DNA from: Squalus acanthias
Taxonomy: Eukaryota
NCBI GenBank assembly: GCA_030390025.1
Contig: CM059449.1
Location: 2,356,001 to 2,420,000, forward strand
DNA length: 64,000 nucleotides
Direction of reading: 5' to 3'
Shown: one piece after another, positions 9,892-22,251 of the stretch
How the letters are laid out: each line of letters begins with the position of its first letter
How positions within the stretch are numbered: position 1 is the stretch's first letter
Translations under genes and position numbers: made by a program
The notes under the pieces: model-generated
What the model was told of the DNA's origin: nothing
What the model saw: the letters and a program-made list of their open reading frames with translations, nothing else
The model's database searches: none

Positions 9892-12800
9892 TACCAGGGG
9901 TGCTTCTGCTGCTCAGAAAGAGAGGAAAAAGCGTGGGAGAGCAATAGTGGTAGGGGATTCTATCGTAAGGGGAACAGATAGGCGTTTCTGTGGCAGTAAA
10001 CGTGACTCCAGGATGGTTTGTTGCCTCCCTCGGGCCAGGGTCATGGATGTCACTGAGCGGCTACAGGGCATTCTTAAGGGGGAGGGGGAGCAGGCAGAGG
10101 TCGTGGTTCACATTGGGACCAACGACATAGGTAGGAAGGGGGATGAAGTCCTGCATCAAGAATTTAGGGAGCTAGGCAGCAGATTAAAGAGCACGACCTC
10201 AAAGGTTGTAATCGCTGGATTACTCCCAGTGCCACGTGTTAGTGAGTATAGGAATAGGAGAATAGAACAGATGAATGCGTGGCTAAAGAGTTGGTGCAGG
10301 AGGGAGGGTTTTAGTTTCCTGGATCACTGGGCCTGCTTCTGGGGAAGGTGGGACTTGTACAAGTCGGACGGTTTGCACCTGAACCAGAGCGGGACAAATA
10401 TCCTTGCGGGGAGGTTTGCTAGCACTGTTGGGGGGGGGGGGTTTAAACTAACTTGGCAGGGGGATGGGATACAGAGTGGAGCTACAATAGGGGGTGATGT
10501 ACAGTCAAATATAGAAAAAAAAACAAGTCCGCTTGGAAGACAGGGCAAACATGTAAGAGCAAGGCTGGAAGGTATCTATTTTAATGCAAGGAGTCTAGCG
10601 AATAAGGTGGATGAACTGAAGGTGTTGATAAACACATGGGAGTATGATATTGTTGCTATCACGGAGACATGGTTGAGGGAGGGGCAAGACTGGCAGCTCA
10701 ATATTCCGGGGTACAGAATCTTCAGGCGAGACAGAGGGGGAGGTATAAGAGGAGGGGGTGTCGCAATATTAATTAAGGAATCAATTACTGCCATAAGGAG
10801 GGATGATATATTAGCAGGTTCCTCCAATGAGGCTATATGGGTGGAGCTTAAAAACAAAAAGGGGGCAAGCACTTTGCTGGGAGCGTACTATAGGCCCCCA
10901 AACAGTCAGGGGGAGATAGAGGAATAGATATGTAGGCAAATCTCAGAGAAATGTGCAAATAATAGGGTAATAATAATGGGAGATTTCAACTTCCCCAATA
11001 TTAACTGGGATAGTCAGAGTGTGAAGGGCTTAGAGGGTTCAAAATTCTTAAAGTGCATCCAGGAGCGCTTTTTGAGCCAGCATGTGGAAAGTCCGACATG
11101 GGAGGGGGCGGTACTGGACCTAATTCTAGGGAATGTGGCCGGCTAAGTGGAAGAAGTGCTAGTAGGTGAGTACTTTGGTGACGGTGACCATAATACGGTG
11201 AGATTTAAGGTGGTCATGGAGAAGGACAGGGATGGGCCGGAAATAAAGGTTCTAAATTGGGGGAAGGCCGATTTTAATAAGATAAGGCAGGATCTGGCCA
11301 AAATGGACTGGGATCAGCTGCTTGTAGGAAAATCCGCATCGGAGCAATGGGATTCTTTCAGAAGTGAGATTGAGATCATACGATGGCAGCATGTTCCCGT
11401 AAAGGTCAAGGGTGGTTCCAAAAACCCCAGGGAACCTTGGATGTCAGGGGATATACGAGAATGGATCAGGAAAAAAAGGAGGGCTTTTGGCAGATACAAA
11501 ATGCTAAAGACGGAGGAAGCCCAAGAGGAGTACAAAAAGTGCAGGGGGATACTTAAAAAAGAAATTAGGAGATCAAAGAGGGGCCATGAAATAACACTGG
11601 CGAGCAAAATAAAGGAAAATCCTAAGATGTTTTATAAGTATATTAAGGGTAAGAGGATAACTAGGGAAAAAATAGGGCCCATTAGGGACAAAAGTGGCAA
11701 TCTGTGTGTGGAGCCAGAAGATGTAGGTGGGGTTCTAAATGAATTTTTTGCATCTGTTTTCACTGGAGAAGGACGATGCAGACATAAAATTAGGGCAGGG
11801 GGACTGTGATATACTCGAACATTTTAACATGGAGAGGGAGGAGGTATTGGCGGTTTTAGCAGGTCTAAAAATGGATAAATCCCCGGGTCCGGACGAAATG
11901 TATCCCAGGCTGCTGTGTGAGGCAAAGGAGGAGATTGCGGGGGCTCTAACACATATATTCAGAACCTCTCTGGCCACAGGGGATGTGCCAGAGGACTGGA
12001 GAACCGCTAATGTAGTACCATTATTCAAGAAAGGGAGTAGGGAAAAACCGGGGAACTACAGGCCAGTGAGCCTAACATCAGTGGTAGGAAAATTATTGGA
12101 AAAAATTCTGAGGGACAAAATTAGTCTCCACTTGGAGAGGCAAGGATTAATCAGGGTAAGCCAACATGGCTTTGTCAAGGGAAGATCATGTCTGACTATA
12201 GCAAAATACTGCGGATGCTGGAAATCTGAAACAACAACAGAAAACGCTGGAAAAACTCAGCAGGCCTCTGACGAAAGGTCATCGACCTGAAACGTTAACT
12301 CTCTTTCTCTCTCCACGGATGCTGCCTGGCCTGCTGAGTTTTTCCAGCGTTTTCTGTTGTTGTATCATGTCTGACTAATTTGATTGAATTTTTTGAGGGG
12401 GTGACTAGGTGTGTGGATGAGGGTAACGCAGTGGATGTAGTATACATGGATTTCAGTAAGGCCTTCGATAAAGTCCCGCACAGGAGACTGGTCAAGAAGG
12501 TAAGAGCCCATGGAATCCAGGGTGCCTTGGCACATTGGATACAAAACTGGCTCAGTGGCAGAAGGCAGAGGGTGATAGTCGAAGGTTGTTTTTGTGACTG
12601 GAAGCCTGTGGCCAGTGGGGTACCACAGGGATCGGTGCTGGGTCCCTTGCTGTTTGTGGTCTACATTAACGACTTGGATATGAATGTAAAAGGTATGATC
12701 AGTAAGTTCGCGGATGATACAAAAATTGGTAGAGTGGTAAATAGCGAGGAGGGTAGCCTCAGTCTGCAGGACGATATAGATGGGTTGGTCAGATGGGCGG

Positions 12801-13633
12801 AACAGTGGCAAATGGAATTTAATCCGGAAAAGTGCGAGGTGATGCACTTTGGAGGGACTAACAAGGCAAGGGAATACACAATGAATGGTAAGACCCGAGG
12901 CAAGACGGAGGGTCAGAGGGATCTTGGTGTGCAAGTACACAGATCCCTGAAGGCGGCGGAACAGGTGGATAAGGTGGTAAAAAAGGCATATGGGATACTT
13001 GCATTCATTAGCCGAGGCATAGAATATAAGAGCAAGGAGGTTATGATGGAGCTGTATAAAACACTGGTTAGGCCACATCTGGAATACTGTGTGCAGTTCT
13101 GGTCGCCACACCACAGGAAGGATGTGATAGCTTTGGAGAGGGTGCAGAGGAGATTCACCAGAATGTAACCCGGGCTGGAGTGCTTCAGGTATGAAGAGAG
13201 ACTGGGCAGATTGGGTTTGTTTTCCTTGGAGCAGAGGAGGCTGAGGGGGGACATGATTGAGGTGTACAAAATTATGAGGGGCATAGATAGGATGGATACT
13301 AAGGAGCTTTTTCCCTTAGTAGAGGGGTCTATAACAAGGGGGCATAGATTCAAGGTAAAGGGCGGGAGGTTTAGAAGGGATTTGAGAAAGAACTTTTTCA
13401 CCCAGAGGGTGGTTGGAGTCTGGAACTCACTGCCTGAAAGGGTTGTGGAGGCAGGAACCCTCACAACATTCAAGAAGCATTTGGATGAGCACTTGAAATG
13501 CCAGAGCATACAAGGCTACGGACCAAATGCTGGAATATGGGATTAGATTAGACAGGTCTTGATGGCCGGCGCGGACACGATGGGCCGAAGGGCCTCTATC
13601 CGTGCTGTATAACTCTATGGCTCTATGACTCTA
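9892..13633 (+). mobile_element. Near full-length CR1 LINE (ORF1 SGNH esterase, ORF2 APE endonuclease plus RT), decayed; nested in a 3' fragment of another LINE (9715-9890, 13634-13670)
   Basis: VGDSIVRG..HIGTND..DGLHLN (esterase), NARSL..ITETWL (EN), [20 protein letters not shown]; tail ctctatggctctatgactcta. Confidence 0.95.
12199..12363. mobile_element. Short Penelope-like terminal fragment (inverted structure, hammerhead core) inserted in CR1 RT with 14-bp TSD
   Basis: TSD atcatgtctgacta at 12185-12198 and 12364-12377; ctgacgaaaggtcatcgacctgaaacgtt core; ctcagcagg/cctgctgag inverted arms. Confidence 0.85.
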
Positions 13634-13782
13634 ATATACTTCCAAGTCAGGATGGTGTGTGACTTAGCAGTGAAATCAGGAATCATTTTCCCACAAAATG
13701 TAATGGAAATCTGGAATACTCTTTCCCAAAAGGCTGTGGGTCAATTAAAAATTTAAAGACGGAGATCGATAGTTGGAGTTGA

Positions 13783-14816
13783 AGCAAAGAGTTGGAATAA
13801 ATGGGTCTTTTTCCTAGTGGCAGGCTGTGACTAGTGGGGTACCGCAGGGATCGGTGCTAGGACCCCAGTTATTCACAATATATATTAATGATCAAGACGA
13901 GGGAACTAGATGTAATATCTCCAAGTTTGCAGACGACACAAAGCTGGGTGGGCGTGTGTGCTGTGAGGAGGATGCAGAGAAACTCCAGTATGATTTGGAC
14001 AGGTTGGGTGATTGGGCAGATGCAGTATAATGTGGATAAATGCGAGGTTATCCACTTCAGTGGCAAAAACAGGAAGACAGATTATTATCTGAACGGCAAT
14101 AGATTGGGAAAAGGGGAAGTGCAACGAGACCTGGGTGTCCTTGTGCCCCAGTCGCTGAAGGTAAGCATGCAGGTGCAGCAGGCGGTTAAGAAGGCAAATG
14201 GTATGTTGCCTTCATAGCGAGAGGATGAGTACAGGAGCAAGGATGTCTTGCTGCAGTTGTACAGGGCCTTGGTGAGACCACACCTTGAGTATTGTGTGCA
14301 GTTTTGGTCGCCTTATCTGAGGAAGGACGTTCTTGCCATGGAGGAGTGCAGTGAAGATTCACCAGACTGATACCTGGGATGGCAAGAATGACGTATGAAG
14401 AGAGATTGGGTCGATTAGGCTTATATTTGCTAGAGTTTAGAAGAATGAGAGGGGATCTCATTGAAACTTATAAAATTCTCACAGGACTAGATGCAGAAGG
14501 ATGTTCCCGATGGCGGGGGAGTCCAGAACCAGGGGTCACAGTCTAAGGATAAGGGGTAAGCCATTTAGGACTGAGATGAGGAGGAATTTCTTCACCCAGA
14601 GAGTGGTGAACCTGTGGAATTCTCTACCACAGAAGGCAGTTGAGGCCAATTCATTAAATATATTCAAGAGGGAGTTAGATATATTTCTTAAGGCTCAAGG
14701 GATATGGGGAGAAAGCAGGGACAGGGTACTGAATTTGGATGATCAGCCATGATCTCATTAAATGGCGGAACAGGCTCGAGGGGCCGAATGGCCTACTCCT
14801 GCTCCTATCTTCTATG
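13783..14816 (+). mobile_element. CR1 RT 3' fragment, very similar to the reverse complement of 4065-5117
   Basis: [35 protein letters not shown]1 tail. Confidence 0.9.
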
Positions 14817-14844
14817 GTAGACTTTTGTTAGCCAGTGTATGAGA

Positions 14845-15295
14845 AAGAAAGACTTGCATTTATATAGCGCCTTTCACAACCACCGGATCTCTCAAAGCGC
14901 TTTACAGCCAATGAAGTACTTTTGAAGTGGAGTCACTGTTGTAATGTGGGAAATGCAACAGCAATTTGCGCACAGCAAGGTCCCACAAACAGCAATGTGA
15001 TAATGACCAGATAATCTGTTTTTGTTATGTTGGTTGAGGGACAAATATTGGAAAGGACACCGGGGTTAACTCCCCTGCTCTTCTTCGAAATAGTGCCATG
15101 GGATCTTTTACGTCCACCTGAGAGGGCAGATGGGGCCTCGGTTTAACATCGCATCCGAAAGACGGCACCTTCGACAGTGCAGCACTCCCTCACCACCGCA
15201 CTTTATGTGCTCAGGTCCCTGGAGTGGGACTTCAACCCACAACCTTCTGCCTCAGAGGTGAGTGTGCTACCAACTGAGCGACAGCTGTCACTGTG
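14845..15295 (-). mobile_element. tRNA-derived SINE (DeuSINE/SacSINE1-like)
   Basis: Minus strand begins with A/B-box-like gctcagttggtagc...gggttgaagtccc; central domain; L2-like tail gcgctatataaatgcaagtctttc; second copy 37252-37845. Confidence 0.75.
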
Positions 15296-15459
15296 GGCTA
15301 TCAAGGGATATGGAGCCAAGTTGGGTAAATGGAGTTGAGATGTAGATCAGCCATAATCTAATTGACTGGCGGAACAGTCTGGAGGGCTGAATGGCCTCCT
15401 ACTGTTGCTATATCCGGGTGGTTAGTAATTAGCATTCTGACTGGTCTCTCGGTACTCAC

Positions 15460-15796
15460 CAAACACACACACAGTCATTGTTCCTCAGTTGTTTTCCAAG
15501 GTTGTCCATCTGTATCTCATACACCCCATTGTCATCAAGTTGGACATTCTGTAGCTCAATAAAGCCATCTCGGTGGAACTGAACCCGGTGTTTGTAGTAA
15601 GGGTAAGACACATACGGCCTCTGGCTGGTCAGAATTCCAAGCCACGATTTTAAGATTGACCGGGATCTGCGTCTTTCATACTTTCTCATCGCTACGGTGA
15701 TTTGATGGGAAACCTGATGTATTCGCCAATGGAGAGATTAGTGAAGAAGTTCAGGAAGGCTGGTATTGCTGCTCTCCACAGTGTAATAGTGAAGTA
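15460..15796 (-). pseudogene. Degenerate IgV exon of a CD2/SLAM/CEACAM/HEPACAM-like gene
   Basis: Frames give IGEYIRFPI, LKIVAWNSDQ and YKHRVQFHRDGFIELQNVQLDDNGVYEIQ (D-x-G-x-Y motif); donor TTTG|gtgagt at 15460; several frameshifts and stops. Confidence 0.6.
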
Positions 15797-15809
15797 CTGG
15801 AATGGAACT

Positions 15810-16385
15810 TAAGAACATAAGAAATAAGAGTATGAGTCGGCTATATGGCCCTTCGAGCCTGCTCCGCCATTCAGTAAGATCATAGCTGATCATCGACTTC
15901 AACTCCACTTTCCGCCACTATCCCCATATCCCTTGCTTCCCCTCGAGTCCAAAAATCTATCGATCTCAGCCTTGAATATGCTCAACGAAGTTCATTCACC
16001 GCCAGCTGAGGTAGAGAATTCCAACAATTCACAACCCTCTGAATGAAGAAATTGTGCCTCATCTCAGTCTTTTAAATAACCTACCCCTAGTTCTAGACTC
16101 TCCAGCCTGGGGAAACAACCTCTCAGCTTCTACCAAGTCAATCCCCCTCTAATCTCCAGAGAATATGGACTCAATCTCCTCATGGGGCAATTTTCTAATC
16201 CCAGGGATCAATCTCATGAGCCTTCGTTGCACCACCTCTATGGAAAGTATATCTTTCCTTAAATAAGGAAATGAAAACTGTGCACAGTACTCCAGGTGTG
16301 GTCTTGCTCTTGTACTCCAACCCCCTTGCAATAAAGGCCAACATGCCATTTACCTTCCGAATTGCTTGCTGTGGCTGCATCCTGA
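15810..16385 (-). mobile_element. Old CR1 3' fragment
   Basis: [27 protein letters not shown]; CR1 tail at 15810. Confidence 0.8.
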
Positions 16386-16549
16386 CTCTGACAGACCACA
16401 GAGGGAGTGAAGGATGAGGAGTGTATATAAACCCTGCCGGAGGATGGGTCTGGATCCACGGCTTAGGCTCGAGGTGGAGTCCATTTTACCCAAAGCAGGC
16501 ACAAGAATGCTGTTGTCAAGGCTCCCGGGGATCAGCAACAAAGACAATG

Positions 16550-17125
16550 GGCGGGAGCGGTTGGTGATTGCCGGAAGGGAGCGGGCGGTGATTGGCGTGT
16601 GGGCGCGAGAGCGGGCGGTGATTGGCGGAAGGGAGCGGGCGGTGATTGGCGGAAGGGAGCGGGCGGTGATTGGCGCCGGCAGCGGGAGCGGGCGGTGATT
16701 GCCGTGCGGCTGCGGACGGTGATTGGCGGGCGGGCGGTGATTGTCGAGGGGGGGTAGCGGGCGGTGATTGGCGCCGACAGCAGGAGCGGGCGGTGATTGG
16801 TGGGAGTGGGAGTGGGCGCTGATTGACAGGACAAGCGGGAGCCGGCGGTGATTGGCGAGCGGGAGATGATTGCGGGGGGGTGGGGGCGCGAGTACGAGAG
16901 GGTGGTGATTGGCGGGGAGCGGAAGGTGATTGGCGAGGGTGGAGCAGGAGGTGATTGGCGGAAGGGGGTTGGAGCGGACGTTGATTGGCGGGGAGCGGCA
17001 GCGGGTGCGGGCGGTGATTGGCGGGGAGTGCAGGAGCGGGAGGTGATTGGCAGAAGGGGGTGGAGCTGCCGTTGATTGCCGGGGGGGGGGAGGAAGCGGG
17101 CGGTGATTGGCGGGGAGCGGGAGCT
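16550..17125. repeat. GC-rich degenerate tandem array of gcggtgattggc units (CCAAT boxes on minus strand), part of a CpG island
   Basis: About 15 perfect GATTGG plus ~6 variants, spaced ~20-35 bp. Confidence 0.85.
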
Positions 17126-17244
17126 GGCGGTTGAGGAATGTCCGGCCCGCCTCTGCCAGCCGAGGATTGAAGGGCGAGGTGGCCCCTCCTGGGCGGTGAG
17201 AAGCTGGGCCCGGGCCCTGTCTCTGTCTCCTTCCTCCCGGGCTC

Positions 17245-18805
17245 GGAAGCTTCAGCCACTCTGGGACACCAGCGGCCTCCGGAACCTTGTCCCCCTTCAC
17301 TGCCCTCTCAGCCCCTCCGTCCTTCCACTCTCAGCCCCTGCCGTGTGTTCACCGTCCCCTCTGAGCGGCCCCTCTCTGACCCCCAGCCCTCAGCCCCGGC
17401 TTCACCCCACACCCCGCCCACCTCGCTGGATTCCCGGCCCGGCCACTCCCCCGGCCCGGAGTCTCCCCCCGCACCGCCGACCCTTTCTCCCCTCTTCAGA
17501 ATCCTCGCTCCGCCCGGACCCCTCCCTCTGGCCTCTCGCCCTCTCTCCATCTCTTCATGGTGAACTGCCGGCCTGACATCGGCCGTCTCACTGTCTCTGC
17601 TCCCCTCGCTCACTCTAACCTCCCTCCCTCTGAACCTGCAGCTCTCCGTTCTCTCAGAGCCGGCCCCGACCTGCTCACTGAACCTGCTGACAAGGGCTGC
17701 GCTGCTGCTGTTTGGCGAACCCACATCTGCCGTGCGGAGGCTGAACGGCAAATTCTCCGCCGCCTCCTCCTCCCTCCCCCTGGACCACGACCCCACCACC
17801 CAACATCAAGCCATAGTTTCCAGGACTGTCACTGCCCTCATCCCCTCTGGAGATCTTCCCTTCACGGCCTCTCCCCTGATCATCCTCCAACCCCGCACAG
17901 CCCGCTTCGACCTCCTTCCCAAGATCCACAAACAGGGACTGCCCTGGTAAACCCATCGTTTCAGCCTGTTCTTGTCCCACGCAACTGAATCTTTCCTCGC
18001 TCGACTCCAGTTTTTCTCCCCTTGTCCAGTCTCTTCCCACTTACACTTTTCCGACGCCCTCCGCCAGTTTGGATGATCAGCCATGATCGTATTGAATGGC
18101 GGAGCAGGCTCGACGGGCCGAATGGCCTACTCCTGCTCCTAGATTCTATGTTTCTATGTTTCTATTAACATTTTCCAGTTTCCTGGCCCCAACCGTCTCC
18201 TTTTCACCATGGACGCCCAATCCCTCTGTACCTCCATCCCCCACAATGATGGCCTGAAGGTACACCGCTTCTTCCTTGAACAGAGGCCCAGCCCGTCCCC
18301 ATCCACCACCACCCTTCTCCGCCTCACTGAACTTGATCTCACATTGAACAACTTCTCCTTTGACTCCACTCACTTCCTCCAAATTAAAGCGGTTGTGATG
18401 GGAACCCACATGGGCCCTAGCTATGTCTGTCTTTTTGTGGGATATGAGGAATGTTCTTTGTTCCAGTCCTACTCAGGTCCCCTCCCTCACCTCTTTTTCC
18501 AGTACGTTGATGACTGTATTGGTGCCTCTTACACTGTTCCAACAAAGCTCAACGTAAGCTCGAGGAACAGCCTTCTGGACTCAACACTGAGTTCAACAAT
18601 TTCAGACCAGAACCTCTGCCCCTATTTTTCACATGGCAGCTGTTGATGACTCTACTGTTCCCATTTACACCTCTTCTAGACTCATCTGTTGTTTGTTTAC
18701 CTGTCCCATTACGAAAGGACATCGACCTGAAATGTTAACTCTCTTTCTCTCTCCACAGATGGTGCCTGACCTGCTGAGTATTTCCAGCACACAGTTTTTA
18801 TTTTA
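17245..18805 (+). mobile_element. Penelope-like retroelement remnant (RT and terminal repeat), with a CR1 tail inserted at ~18069-18165
   Basis: PADKG, PRTARFDLLPKIHK, MDAQSLCTSIPH, MGTHMGPSY, YVDD; degenerate hammerhead acgaaaggacatcgacctgaaatgttaact at ~18711. Confidence 0.85.
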
Positions 18806-19076
18806 TTATAAGGAGCGGAAGCCGATGTGTGAGACGAGGGCCCAGGGCCGGGCGGCAAACGGCCGGTGAAGAGTGATGGAGGGTCGGTGGAAGAGCAGGT
18901 AGGAATCCCCCTGGCTGGGCTCTGTGGGTTGGACTTTGCCGAGTGAGTGTGAGCAGTCTGTCTCCTTTCCCTCCCCCTGTTGAACTTGTCCCACATGCCG
19001 AGGTACAGCAGCTCCTGCAGCCCTTGCTGGAGTGATTTATACAGATGTCAGTGGCTGATCAGGTACAGGACCAATA

Positions 19077-19209
19077 TTGTCCCTGCCCAACACCACACGG
19101 GCACTGGTGGCCAGAATCAGTGTTGTCCCTGCCCAACACCACACGGGCACTGGTGGCCAGAATGAATGTTGTCGCTGCCCAACACCATACGGGACTGGTG
19201 GCCAGAATC
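19077..19209. repeat. ~46-bp tandem repeat x3 (tgtccctgcccaacaccacacgggcactggtggccagaat...)
   Basis: Visible units. Confidence 0.8.
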
Positions 19210-19810
19210 TCCGGTTAACACTCAGCAGTGACTGATTCTTGTTCCTCTCTGGCTGTTAAAGGCAATGGTGAATTCCAGCACTTCCTGACTGAGAGCAGAA
19301 TATCTGTGCTGTTTAGAAAGATGTGAACCTGCCTGCCAGTTAATTGGAGCTAGCAATAGACACATGTCCCTGCCAGGAGTAATGTTCAAACCCATTAATC
19401 TGTCCAACTGTTTCTCAGAGAGGAACCCGAGGCGAGTTTTACCAGCAGCAGCAGATGGTTCTGTTGTAGTATTTGAGTTGTTTGACAGGGAATGTGAGTA
19501 GGGACTGGACCATGGGGTAGATTTTCACATTGTAGCCCGGGTGTAAACCTGGCATTGTGAATCAGCCGCCTGCTGTTCTTTAATAGAAATGAAAATTGGG
19601 CGGGTTCTATAATGGGCCTTCCATCTGCAATGCCAGTTTTATGCCTGGGCAGCTCGTTGAAATTCTAGCCCCATGGGTTAGTATTTCGAACATCTCAGTG
19701 CTGCCTGGAGGCATTTCATTCACAGACACACGCACTGCGTACAAAAGCAGGTATCTTCACACTTGGCAACACGCTGGGTTTTGTATTAAATGAAACTTTA
19801 TTTTCTGAAT

Positions 19811-20520
19811 TGTGGAGTGGAGTATTTGAAATAAACACTCGTCACCACATCTGCGTTCGAAGATTCAAGCAGTCTTTATTCGCACCGGTGGGGAGACAAC
19901 CTGCTATCTGTCGAGCCAGGCTTCTCTCCAATGATACAAAGTTTTAAGCAGTCTTTTATACAGAATTTTGGTACATAATTAGCCTCGTGCATGATCCATT
20001 TTAACAATTTGATTGGGTTTCGCCCCGTGTGCACATTCACTGATTGGTTGCCTCTGCCGCGTTACATTAAAGTACCACCTTTATTACTGGAAAAGAATAT
20101 GTCTGTTATCACTGCAAGTTGTTGTTGTTGCACCTTTGTTCATGCCAGATGGGGTTTCACCAACATTGTACTTCTGACTCATTGTCCTCCTTTCCTGCCC
20201 CTCTAGGACTTCTTACTTCCAACTCATTGTTTTACTTTCCTGTCAGAGCAGAACTTACATCCTCTAGGCCTCTTATGGTTCCATGTCCGGCTATTTGCAA
20301 TTGTCTCCAAGTTATACAACTTGCAGTCCTCAATCATTCTAACACAACTGCAAAATCAGTATGTTATTCTTAGGTTATCTCAACTGCCAGTTCAGCAACT
20401 TAGATAAAGCTTCCTACTGCAAAGGCCTATTAGCTCATTCGGTTCCCATTCTTAACCCTTTAATTATATTAGAGCTCGAAAGCCCCACTTTAACTGTATC
20501 CTAATAAAATCCACATCACA
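19811..20520 (-). mobile_element. Probable solo LTR
   Basis: TGTG...CACA ends; on minus strand two CCAAT boxes, TATAAAA and AATAAA in promoter-to-polyA order; flanks ctgaat/ctaaat (imperfect 6-bp TSD). Confidence 0.55.
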
Positions 20521-21319
20521 CTAAATACAATTGGATAATAATGCTGCAACGGTAACCAATTTATGTACAAGCTTGTGGACAGTCAACCATTCGAGACAAT
20601 GCTGATCTGATCACTGAATGTTCACAACAGATATATGGTGAAAACTCAACAAGGACGAAGTTGAGAAGAAGAGTCTGTTCTGGCCCACTATTGGGACCAG
20701 GAGAACAAATCATGAAAACAAAACCAGGAAAGTATAAGTATCAGGGCTGTACAGGATCAGTTCAACAAGACAGAATGAGTAGTCTGGAGAGCTCTGGCAG
20801 AAAGACAACAATTGTATTGTTTCACTTTTGAGGAGCTAGATGATAGATTTTTACTGTTAATCTGTGTGTAATACACAGGTATATATTTGGTTAATGTGGT
20901 TTAATAAATTTTCCTTTAAACAAGCTAATAGAATTTCTGCTGTATAGATGTGTATATATATCATCTGGTTATGTATTCGCTTGCAGATTAATAAATTTGC
21001 TGAATAATTCAAACCTAAAACGAGATCTGATGATGCGCTAGTTTCTCCAAGGCTAGAGAAAAATCTTGCGAAAGCAAAAGATAATTTCCAATAGCTAACC
21101 TACTAACAGTATGATTGTTCTGTTTGTTATGCTTGGCGTGTTACTGAAGGTTATTGAGAAAGCGAGGAAAGTGAAGAGTCATAAACATAGGGAGTTGCAA
21201 CTCACCCATGGAAATGATTTAAAATTACAGGAGCCAAAAAAATCTAGATTAAACATAAAAAATATACCCGGGACCACAGGAAGATCCAAGGAACAACCTC
21301 TCTCCTCGTTTTCTTGGTG

Positions 21320-22010
21320 AGGACCTTAAAATTATGGCCCACCAAACCGTGGAAATAGTTTGTCCCTTCGAATCTTATCAAAATCCTTCATCACTTCGGT
21401 CCGGTCTCTTAATCTTCTGTGTTCCAGTGAAATGAGTCCCAGTTTCTCCCGTCTCTCCTCACAACTAAACCTCATCTCTGATATCCTCTAATTGAATTTC
21501 TTCTCCAGGGCCTTGACACCTTTTCCAAAGAAAGGCATTGAAAACTGGACACAATGTTCTAACTGAGGCCGAACCAATGATTTGTATAGGTTTAGAATCA
21601 TTTCTCTGTACTTTAGACTTCTGATTATAAAACCCAGGATCGCATATACTTTGATCTTTTTATAAATGGAACGGCTTTATCAACTTCTGCTTCATTTTAA
21701 AATTTGGAGACTTCCTTATGATCCCCAAGGTATTGAAACTGCCCATCTCCAGAACACTCAGAGGAGTTGCAATTCAAAAGATAGAGGCTAAGAAAAGGCC
21801 AACTCACAGACAGGGAAACACTTTCAGTACGAGAAACTGAAGCATCTCTCCAAGTGTTGGAGGTGAAACGAGTATTAATCATTTCATGAAATACTTACAA
21901 TGCTAATTCAGTAGTCATCCTTCAAGTCAGCAAGAAACCATCTGGGCCAAGAGCCTTATTAGCCTGAAGAGAGCCAACAGCTTGGAGTACCACAGCCTGA
22001 CTGATGGGGC
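21320..22010 (-). mobile_element. Highly decayed LINE fragments (CR1, then L1/Tx1-like)
   Basis: CR1-like decayed RT 3' sequence; NKALGPDGF motif at ~21940. Confidence 0.5.
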
Positions 22011-22251
22011 ATCCAGAGATGTTCAAACTGCTCAATCCAGGCACCTCAGGGAGAGTAACATATGGGCTTTTAATCCAGATAAGGCACCAACACATGTCTA
22101 TGCTTGTAAATATTTCTACTGAACTAGTGAATCTTAACTCTATAAAGAACATCACATTTAATGAGTTTAATACAAAAAATAGAAATGAATATAAATGTCA
22201 ACGGCTCATTCCATTTCAGATCTGTGAGGCACTTTAAGAAACATCTCTCGC

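Noticed and set aside
9947-10927. Esterase-endonuclease fusion as a novel gene
   Set aside because: CR1 ORF1/ORF2 junction in a decayed copy; frame depends on a long poly-G run
16350-17300. Long Pro/Arg-rich ORFs (316 and 247 aa)
   Set aside because: Products of the GC-rich CCAAT tandem array; open in several frames, low complexity
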